Positions 26,296 through 35,603 of a stretch of 64,000 nucleotides of DNA are shown here, piece after piece. Origin of the DNA: Octopus bimaculoides (lineage: Eukaryota). The translations under genes and the position numbers were made by a program. Within the stretch, counting starts at the first letter, position 1, and the number at the start of each line of letters is the position of its first letter. Below the pieces are notes generated by a model. It searched no databases. It was not told the origin of the DNA and was given only the letters and a program-made list of their open reading frames with translations. Location: NCBI RefSeq assembly GCF_001194135.2, contig NC_068992.1, positions 58,203,911-58,267,910 on the forward strand. The letters run 5' to 3'.

Positions 26296-26410
26296 ATTCT
26301 GGTGTGTATCTATGCTTGTGTGTGTTTGTGTGTTAATGTGATTGAGTGTGCCTGTGTCTAAGCATTAATAATTGTGTACGTGTGTAAACGTGTGTGTGTG
26401 TGTGTGCCTA
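25730..26410. repeat. Cryptic (TG)-rich simple repeat tract
   Basis: Long interrupted TG microsatellite. Similar simple repeats at 2745-2855, 4135-4800, 9285-9660, 15765-15850, 27445-27600, 42120-42345, 42890-43200 and 60327-60419. Confidence 0.9.
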
Positions 26411-26499
26411 GCTTTGCCTGAGTGTGTATACATGCATGTGTTAGGTTGACCAACCAAACAGTATGCACTTTCATTTCTTGTTTCCTTTTTCTCCTGCAG

Positions 26500-26543
26500 A
26501 CCACGTACCCCTTCGTAATCCACAATTGGCTGACTTAATTCTG
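26500..26543 (+). CDS. Candidate 44-nt exon ((D)HVPLRNPQLADLIL)
   Basis: Strong acceptor atttcttgtttcctttttctcctgcag and donor CTG|gtaaga in unique sequence. Only one open frame (phase 1 to 0). Could instead be a 5' UTR exon of the TRIM gene. Confidence 0.5.
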
Positions 26544-27118
26544 GTAAGATGTGAGGCTGGCTGTTAGAGTTTCCATAGTCAAATGCTACTCATAATGAAT
26601 GATTGATTGATTTGTTATTATTACAATTATTATTATTTTCTAGTGATCTTAGCTGTTTACTTAATTCACCTCATATCTTTTTTTTTTTTTTTTTTTTTTT
26701 TGACTTCTTTGAATAACCTCACAAGAATCCTGACCATGCACATGTGACAGATATCACCTTGTTGCATGCCTCTTTCAGAGCACATTTATGAATGATGCTA
26801 GAGATTTCATTAGCTACCTCTTGGTTTTTTGTTTTTTTTCTACATATCTAAAAATTATTTTTTTCATTTCCCCACCCCTAAATATGCATGCAAATCCTTT
26901 AATATTTTTTCGAGAATAAACTTCCACCGAATATTTTCCTGCTTTGTTTTTATATAGAACCTTGTTTTTAGAAATATTTTATTTTGTGATGTGTTTTTGT
27001 AGTCACTCATTTACTAGTTTACTCAAATTAGACAATTTTTCTTTCTTTTGTTTTTTTTTTTTCAAATTTTTTCTTTTATTTTAATTCTAAAAATAATTTC
27101 AATAATTCTTCGTTTCAG

Positions 27119-27145
27119 CTGAAAAGCGAGAGGTTTTTGATGTAA
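27119..27145 (+). CDS. Candidate terminal coding exon (LKSERFLM*)
   Basis: Acceptor aataattcttcgtttcag after a T-rich tract; phase 0 continues the 26500 exon frame to TAA at 27143-27145. Confidence 0.3.
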   Translation: MKSERFLM

Positions 27146-28149
27146 CAGTCAAGGTTCTCTACTAGAGGAACACAATATTTTCTTATGTCTGCTATAGTTG
27201 TCTCCCTTGCCCCAAGTCAGCAATTTAATCACAAACACACTCAAGACGCACTTGTCACGTGTCTCATTTACAAACTCGGATAAAATTTGCTGTCTTTGTG
27301 AAATCTATTTGCGAAAATAATATATAATCTTAAAAACTAATTTTCATTAATTAGCGAAAATTACATTTGAAATATAACTTATTACCCAATTGTTAAATTA
27401 CAGCAGGAAATTGGGCACTATCACGCTATTAGATGTCAGAAGTGAAAGTAGTCGCTGTCTGTCTGCCTGTCTGCATGCATGCCTGTTGCTGGTCTGTCAG
27501 CCTGCTTGCCTGTCTGCCTGCATGCCTGCTGCTGGCCTGTCTGCCTGCTTGCCTGCTGAGCTATCTGTGTGTCCGTCTGTCTGTCTGTCTGCTGGTTTGA
27601 GTTGATACTTTGGCTTACTTACTGATATCTATCTACTATGTATCTATCTATCAATTATTAGAAAACACAAATTTAATATAAAAACATATTTCCTGAAATT
27701 GCAAATTATTTAAAATATAAAAANNNNNNNNNNNNNNNNNNNNNNNNNNNNNNNNNNNNNNNNNNNNNNNNNNNNNNNNNNNNNNNNNNNNNNNNNNNNN
27801 NNNNNNNNNNNNNNNNNNNNNNNNNNNNNNNNNNNNNNNNNNNNNNNNNNNNNNNNNNNNNNNNNNNNNNNNNNNTTCTAAGGTGAATCCTACGAAAAAT
27901 GTGTCCATTACTGTATAATTAACTACAGCTCACGTGAAAGATATTGGCTTATAATTTCCTTGTTGGTTTGAGAAAAGTGAAATTTCACGTTTGAGATGAT
28001 CATTGTCAGTTTTTAGTACAGTGAACTGAAGACCGCAGACCATACTTCGATCTGAGTGGCACACCTAATTTCGTGGGGGGGGGGAGGGGGAAATAACGCT
28101 TAAAATTTTTGGCATATTCACACAATTCCATTCACTCCGACTTTATTTG

Positions 28150-28797
28150 CTAATAACTTTCATAAAAATGAGTTAATTTTTTTCAATGAAATTTTATACA
28201 AATACCTTTTAGGTGGTGTAGATTACGATTATATCACAGTTTGTTGTGGAAAAATAAAAATAAAAAACCTTGAGGGCCAGTCTCACATACATAGTGACAC
28301 ATGACAAAATGAAAACTTGTAATTTAAAAAAAAATTGTGTTGATTTTCAGTATCTATGTGTCCACCCACCAGTTACTTAGTTTCTACACATCAAATTCCA
28401 ACATAATCGTAAGTTACGAAATTTGAAAGGTATTTGGAGAATATTTCATTAAAAAATACTCTTTCTTTTGAAAGTTATGAAGAAACAAAGTCAACTCAGG
28501 TGTATTATTTGAAACTCCTCTCCAACCCCTCTGAAAATTTTTTTACAGTAAATTCTAATATAATCAGAATCTATATCATTTGAAAGGTATTTGTAGAAAA
28601 TTTCATTTAAAAATGTCCCTGCTTCTGAAAGTTAGGAAACAAATTCAGGGTGGGAGGCACACTTGCGTAGATATGCTAAATTTTTTGTAGTGTGGCCTGC
28701 CTAATGATGAACCTTGTTTCATGTGGCCTGCCTAATGATGAACCTTGTTTCATGTGGCCTGCTTTCTTGAGAAAGGTTGCCCTCGCCTGTTCTAGAA
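28150..28797. mobile_element. DNA-transposon-derived segment ending in a hAT (Charlie-like) terminus
   Basis: Right end aaggttgccctcgcctg followed by ttctagaa (NTCTAGAN-type target); a 31-bp perfect direct repeat at 28691-28762; a ~75-bp module present three times. Confidence 0.55.
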
Positions 28798-29244
28798 TGT
28801 GTACAAGTCACCCAGGCAGCTGTAGAGAAATAATCACTTCAAACAAAACCACTTGAAAAACCCATTGTTTTAGTTCACCAACATCTGAATAATTTCTGTT
28901 GAAAATATATACACCTTATCTTTCAATTCTGTTTCTTGTCTCACTTGCAAAATTTAGATAAATCTTTTACGATCACATTGTTTATTTATTCTTTTGAGTT
29001 ATTCTGGGAGTATCTTGTTGATTTGTGTATCTTTTTGTGTGTCTTAGTTTTCTTAGTGCTAATATAGAATTTAGGAAGATTTTGTCACTTTTTCTTTCTA
29101 ATTTTGCTCACCCAAGTCACCTTTTTATCCAGCTGCTGTCTTTAGTTATTACATTTTAATTTATGTGTTTTATTTATTTCACTTCAATTTTTGTTTTGTT
29201 TTCTATAATTTCTTTTAATGATTTATGTTTTTTTTTTTAATAGT

Positions 29245-29610
29245 CAGAGGCATGTCTGTGGTTTGCTTCGCAACCACATGGTTTGGAGTTCAGTCCCACT
29301 ACATGGCACCTCAGGCAAATGTCTACTATAGCCCTTACCTGGCCAATGCCTTGTGAGTGAATTTGGTAGAGAGAAACTATGTGGAAACCTGCTCTGTGTG
29401 TGTGTGTGTGTGTGTGTCCCACTGCTACTTGACAACTAGTATTGGTCTCTTTTGCCAAACCTCTAAGTTACAGGAATGTAAGTAAGCCAATAGAATATGT
29501 TCCAAACTTTAAAATAAGTACTTGCTGTGATTTCTTTTAACTAAAGTGTTCAAGGCAGTGCCCCAGCATGGATGCAGTCCAATGACTGAAACAAGTAAAA
29601 GATAGAAGAT
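29245..29610 (+). mobile_element. Family A+D SINE with an internal micro-inversion
   Basis: Collinear with the other A+D copies except 29446-29485, which is reverse-complemented. Confidence 0.8.
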
Positions 29611-29654
29611 AAGTAAATTGCTATGTATCTGTGTATAGGATGTTAGCTCCATGG

Positions 29655-30060
29655 TAAGCTGTTGAATCTGAGATTTGATTTTGAAACTCTCAAGCGTTGA
29701 AGCCTTCTCAAACCATTTACAGGTGTTAAGGTAATGTTATTCGACAAAGTGCTTAGCTTGGAGGTTAGGGAGTCTCTCCAGATTGAGTCACTACTTCTCT
29801 GCATTGAGAGGTCACAGTTCCAGTATTGCGGGCTGGTGATAAGAATGTCAGAGGAAAGGATTATAAGATGGATCTTTCAAGCCATGTCAACCGGTAAGAA
29901 ACCTAGGGTAGACTAGGAATGGATAATATCTGTAATCACAGTTAGTCATGCTCAGGAATCCAGCTGGAAAGTCTGATGACTGTTGCTCCTGATATGACCC
30001 TATGGAGGAGGTGCCTGAGAACTCCATCCTCATGAAACTCTCAGGAATAGTGGGCAGAGA
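29655..30060 (+). mobile_element. Degenerate RTE (Expander-like) LINE 3' fragment
   Basis: LFDKVLSLEVRESLQIESLLLCIERSQFQYCGLVIRMSEERIIRWIFQAMSTGKKPR, then W.DNI..SW..GI..L..VA.D..LWR, matching the typical RTE ORF end. Confidence 0.75.
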
Positions 30061-30131
30061 AAATGAACTCTGTGTACAGTTGAAATATGAATGTTTGTCT
30101 GATGTGGTGTCACAATGAACCAAATCTTTCT

Positions 30132-30362
30132 TTAATCCTTTAGTCTTCAAATTGCTCTGTCAAATGTAATACTTACTTATTTATTCACGTTGTTTTGAAT
30201 TAATCTTGCATTATCCTGTAGCTTTGCAATTTGGATGATCTGAATGTTATTTGTAGAATGTCATTGTAGGATGGGTGTGAGAGGCTGGATCTGGCCTGTT
30301 TGAACTTAAAATAGGTAGAAAATGTTGACCAAATATGGCCGGTTTACATGCTAAAGGGTTAA
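30132..30362. mobile_element. piggyBac-like MITE (TTAA-bounded)
   Basis: Termini TTAAtcctttag / ctaaagggTTAA; a second, inverted copy at 48066-48283. Confidence 0.7.
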
Positions 30363-30569
30363 TGCTAGCTTTTGATATTACAATAGAGAAATGGTCACCA
30401 TGGCTTAAGTTACTTGGGTGCAAAATAATCCAGTTTTCTTTCTGGTGGTTTGCTTGATGTATAACTACACTATACAAACCTACAATGGAGCCTTTATGTG
30501 ATCATTCACCATGCTAGAAGTAACAGCCAGTCTTTCTCTCAGATCATACCTTACAGTCTTAAGGAAGCA

Positions 30570-30866
30570 TCATATGGTTTCAGGTTCAATCCCACTGTAT
30601 GACTCATTGAGCAAGTGTCTTCCACTATAGCCCAAGACCGACCAGTGTCTTGGGGAATTTGGTAGATGGAGTTTGTGTGAGAGTGTGTTTACACACACAC
30701 ACACCTTTGTGTTGGTTTGCTTTTGTGCCTGTAACTTAGCAGTTTGACAAAAGATTCCAATAGACTAAGTATGAAGCTTAAAAAGTAAGTCGATTTCTTT
30801 GACTAAAACCTTTTAAGGTGGTGCCCCAGCATAGCCAACGGCTAAAACAAGTAAAAGAAAAAAGAC
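30570..30866 (+). mobile_element. Family A+D SINE, older copy
   Basis: Head, (CA)n and D tail recognisable. Confidence 0.7.
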
Positions 30867-32129
30867 AAGTGATGTTTGCAGCATTGAGTTATGGACAATG
30901 TATCACATACAAATGTGTTAAATTAATCTTTCAGATCTCTTGTTTAGTGTCTGTGCCATAACATTGAATAGTCTCCGGTAATGTTTGATTAGATAACCAC
31001 AACATGTATATTATCAATAGTGACCAGGCCATGGGTTTACAGTAGTACTTGTTTCAGCCTGAGATCAGTAGCCATGCTGGGGCACCACTCTTATAGCTCC
31101 AGAGAATTCTGGATAAATACTTCAATAAGATCGATGGTAGGGACCCAAAATCATAAAACATCAATCAAGTAGTTAACACATACAACTGTCTACATCTGAT
31201 TTAATCTCCTTCACTGTAAAAACCTTAATCTTTAATCTCCCTAGCAAAATCATTTTTATAAACTGAGTTTACTAAAATCGGAAAGAAACTTCACAGATGT
31301 ATACATGCATATGCTCTCTATCTCTCTCTCTTGCACACACACACACACACACTTTCTTTTGTTCCTTCTAGCTATTTTTCCATCATTGTGATGGTTGATG
31401 TTACCATATTTTCTCCTCTCTGCAACCTTTCTTGAATTCATCTCTATGAAATGTAATCGCATTTGGTTTGAGAACCTTAAAAATAATGTATTGTATTGTC
31501 ATTAATTTCCATCACTGGTGCTGTCTGGCAGCAGCAGAAGTGATTCCTACAATGTCTTGTAATTCTTGCAAATGTTTTCCATGTTCTGCTATTATTATAT
31601 TGTCACTTTGATTAAATTAAATATGACATTCTGAAGTTTGAAGACCCTTAATTTTTAAGATTTACCAAAACTCAGAGCATTTAAAGTGGGTAAATATAAT
31701 TCCATGTCTTAAGTGAATTTATCATTATTATTATTATTACAGCTAACCACCTACACTTTTTTCTGCAAAATAGGGGTAGTTTATCCTGTTCAGGCTATAT
31801 TATTAGCATTATCCTGCGATTGAAAATTTAAAAATCACTTCTTTAACTTTCTAAGACATCTCAATGCTTCTAAAAGCAAACGTCGTTTGTTTGTTTACGT
31901 TTATCGTAATTTGAATTTATTATTATTATTATTATTATTTAGCACGTTAAATAAAATGCATATTGGCAATTCTCCCATCTTTACATTATGAGTTCAACTT
32001 CCACTGAGGCTGATTTTGCCTTTCATCCTTTCGGGGTCAATTAAATAAACACCAGATGAGTACTGGGATTGATATTATCGACTAGCCCCTTCCCACAAAA
32101 TTCCAGGCCTTGTACCTATAGTGGAGTGC

Positions 32130-32500
32130 AGTTGTGGCCAGTGCCCCCTGACTGGCTCCCGTTCTGTGGCATGTAAAATGCATCATCCGAATGTGGTTGA
32201 TGTCAGGTCCACCTGACTGGCTCCTGTGGCACATAAAAAGCACCATCTGAACATGGCTGATGCTAGTTCCTCCTGACTGGCTCCCATGCTGGTGGCACAT
32301 AAAAAACACTATCTGAATGTGATCAATGCCAGACCTACCTGACTGACTCCTGTGCCAGTGGCATGTAAAAAGCACCCACTTCACTCTTGGAGTGGTTGGC
32401 ATTTGGAAGGGCATCCAGCTGTAGAAACATTGCCAGATCAGATTGGAACCTGGTGCAGCCGCTGGCTCTCCAGACATTAGTCAAACCATCTGATGATGAT
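32130..32500 (+). mobile_element. Family C copy with four ~55-60-bp tandem units
   Basis: Repeated ctgactggctcc..gtggca(c/t)..aaaa..cac..ctgaa units, then the family C core. Confidence 0.7.
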
Positions 32501-32802
32501 TTTGTGCAGAATTTCTGTTACTGAGAAATTTATTAGTAGGCAGTTTAAATGTTGATTTAATGTGTTAAGATTAACTAAACAACAGGTAAAGTAATTATAA
32601 ATTAACACAGTAATAATTGTATAAAAATGCTTGATTGTGCTGGATGTGGGCATTTTGTTTATTTTCCTACATTGAAATGTAATGATGTGTTTGTATAGAC
32701 AATTACATACTATGTGTTATATTTTTTTTATTGCCCACAAGGGGCCAACACAGAGGGGAATACATATGATGTGTGTGTATGTATGTAACATATTTTGTTT
32801 AG

Positions 32803-33030
32803 GCATTGTGATACTAATAATTTGGTGTAGAGCTCGATATACAATGCTTCAGAATGAAGTGTTAGTCAAGTACAGAGTGGTAATAAAAAAATGAAATGAC
32901 AAAGAAATAAACAATTATCGTATGAACTTCATTAGCTTACAGCTGTTTCTGCTACAAGATGCATTGGACTCATAGTTGAGTGCCTAACTAACAACTTAGA
33001 GCTTCTTCAGAGCACCTCAAATATGAAGTG
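32803..33030 (-). mobile_element. Short interspersed element carrying the hammerhead motif (Penelope-like terminal-repeat fragment?)
   Basis: Complex CpG-containing segment bounded by (TG)n/(TA)n microsatellites and containing the hammerhead core; family assignment is inference. Confidence 0.35.
32934..33013 (-). ncRNA. Near-canonical type I hammerhead ribozyme motif
   Basis: Minus strand: gct-CUGAAGA-a-gct..(about 45 nt)..agc-a-GAAA-C-agcu-G-U-A-agc. Stem III palindrome ACAGCUGU, GUA triplet; short stem I and an A.A at the stem II base. Confidence 0.55.
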
Positions 33031-33053
33031 CAGTGTGTGTGTGTGTGTGTGTG

Positions 33054-33088
<35 letters not shown>

Positions 33089-33248
33089 GCAGGAGTGGCT
33101 GTGTGGTAAGTAGCTTGCTTACCAACCATCTGGTTCCGGGTTCATTCCCACTGCGTGGCACCTTAGGCAAGTGTCTTCTACTATAGCCTCGGGCCGACCA
33201 AAGCCTTGTGAGTGAATTTGGTAGACGGAAACTGAAAGAAGCCCGTCG
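33089..33248 (+). mobile_element. Family A SINE head, young, within (TA)n
   Basis: A box TGGCTGTGTGG 33096-106; B box GGTTCATTCCC 33139-49; CpGs retained. Confidence 0.85.
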
Positions 33249-33280
<32 letters not shown>

Positions 33281-34726
33281 AATGAAAAAATATGATAAAC
33301 ACATAAATTCACTTCATACCACTCGTTCTTTATGCATGTTTTTGCCATTGTGGCTATTTGCACCCTGTCCATTGGGTGTTCATAATGCATTTGGATTTAG
33401 ATCCACAATGGCTCCTCAGGGGAAAACTTTATTATGCAACACAGAACGAAAGCCTAGCAGGAACTACTATATAACAATGATTGATGATGATGATATATTC
33501 ATTGACAGTGGTGAAAAATGTTAGAGGTATTAGGACATACTGAACCTTATGTGGAGCACATACATACATTCGCATAAATAAACTGTCTCCTTTGTCCCCT
33601 AGAAATACAAACAGCTAACATAAACTCATGATGGGGCTTCTATATGGATCTTCAGCTTGCTTGATATAGCAGCCAAATCTCACTCTAATGAAATCTGACC
33701 ATCTTAAGCCTTTTATTGGGAAATTAAATTTCATTGTTATTCCTGCAATGATGTTGAATATCTATCTACCAAGCAATGGAATTGATAATTTTCATAAGTC
33801 TCGTTGCTGATAAGCATGACATATCTCAGCAGAAAATAGTTTCAAACATGACATTCCTCACCAAAAGATAGATTGACTCATTAAACTTCTTGCTGCAGTT
33901 AAGGATAATGAAATTTTGAGTGGATATATCTGATTTCCACAGTAAAGGGTTACTGTGTTGGATACGTGTCTGAGTGAAAGATAGGATGGCCCTGGCTGGA
34001 ATGCTTTTCACCCTAGGGAATAACAACAACAATAGGGGCCAATGAGGAAGTCTCTGTTGGCATAGAATTACTTCAATTTTTATTAGCCAATTGTGTTTGC
34101 AACTAAGACAGGAGGGTGAGGTCATTTTAACTTGTCATTCTGTTACATTAAAAAACTCAAAACTACATGGGAGAATTGTTAGTAACATAACTATCTTATG
34201 TAGAATCCACCCTTTCGTGCTGGAAGGTTAATCATGGCCATTATAATTGTAAAACAAAATGTGATACAAAATTTTACACAGAGATAACTTTCTTTAACTA
34301 CGGATTAACACCATGAAGGATTTTTGACCCGGATGCTCATTTAGCTAGAAACAGCACTCAAATCTTCTTCAGCTCACATATTAGCAAATGAAACATATGT
34401 AATGATGCATAATAATACCTAAAATTCGTTTTCAATATTCTGTTTTGATATATATATATATATATATATGTTGTTGTACTTGGGGATGGTCATATTGCCA
34501 GTTTATATATATATATGTATGACAGAAATTTAGAATGATTATGACTTCTAATTGACTGATTTGGTCAGACTTGAAAGTCACAGTCACTCTGTATAAGATA
34601 TTTTGACACTACATCTGTATTGAGTTCTCTTTTCAGTGAATGTTACTTACTGTTTTTAATCTTCTTTAAAAGCTCAAATATTGATGATGATTACACACAC
34701 ACACACATTCACGTGTGTCTGTGAAT

Positions 34727-34765
<39 letters not shown>

Positions 34766-34777
34766 CATACATACACA

Positions 34778-35012
34778 TAGGGTTGCCCAAATGTAGGTTT
34801 ACAGTTATCACGTAGGTACTTTAAATTTCTTATAAAACATTTTATTACATTTAAATTTCTATCTTACAAACTGAAAAGGGAGCTTGACAAAATTAACTAA
34901 ATTAGCATAGAATAATGGTTTCATATTATTTTATAATTAAGATCTAAACTGTTAATATATGAATTCGAAAGAGATAATTGAATAATTGTAAACCTACTTT
35001 TGGACCATCCTG
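34778..35012. mobile_element. Tc1/mariner-type MITE
   Basis: 29-bp TIRs, tagggttgcccaaatgtaggtttacagtt and aattgtaaacctacttttggaccatcctg (23/29 match); flanks CA/TG consistent with a mutated TA target. Confidence 0.75.
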
Positions 35013-35332
35013 TGTATATATAATGCTTGTGTATTTGTGCAATTTTCTTTGCTCATTTTGTTATATAAAATGGAAAAAATATTATCTGTTGTTGAATCTT
35101 GTCAGATATGTTATAAAACAGCAAATTTGATGATTATTGTATATCTATAAATTGCAGTTTGATAATTTAAAAATGCTATTGACTTTCCAGGTTTTGGATT
35201 TTAAATGTAATCTTGTGTGGTATATATTGCTTTAAATGCACCTCTTTCTGTGTTTGTAGTATTACGTAGAATTGGTTAATATAGGTTTAGCTATTTGATT
35301 TCTGTTTCAATCTTCCTCCATTTGTCTGACAG

Positions 35333-35358
35333 TGAAAAAGTAACAACAGAGAAAACAG
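35333..35358 (+). other. Candidate 26-nt micro-exon (5' UTR or N-terminal extension) of the TRIM-NHL gene
   Basis: Acceptor tcttcctccatttgtctgacag; donor CAG|gtttgt; a 243-nt intron follows. Stop-free in the TRIM frame (EKVTTEKT-G-MMSS). Confidence 0.45.
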
Positions 35359-35571
35359 GTTTGTTAAAAAAAAAAAAAGAGCCCCTTATTGTACCATCTT
35401 GAAAGTGTTGAGTAGTTTCAAAGAGATACTGTATCATAAATGCCCTCAAACAAAAACTAGAATTGAAAATCCTGTAACTTGGTACCAGATGTTTTTTTTT
35501 TTTTTAAGAAAACTATAAATTTTGTTTAGCTTTTCATGTAATTAAGAAATCATTAACTATTAATATTTATG

Positions 35572-35601
35572 TTTTCTTACCTTTTTTTTTGTTTGTTCCA
35601 G
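35572..35601 (+). promoter_or_regulatory. 3' splice site (polypyrimidine tract plus CAG) of the TRIM-NHL coding exon
   Basis: ttttcttaccttttttttttgtttgttccag|GTATGATG; exon starts at 35602, 2 nt before the ATG. Confidence 0.8.
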
Positions 35602-35603
35602 GT

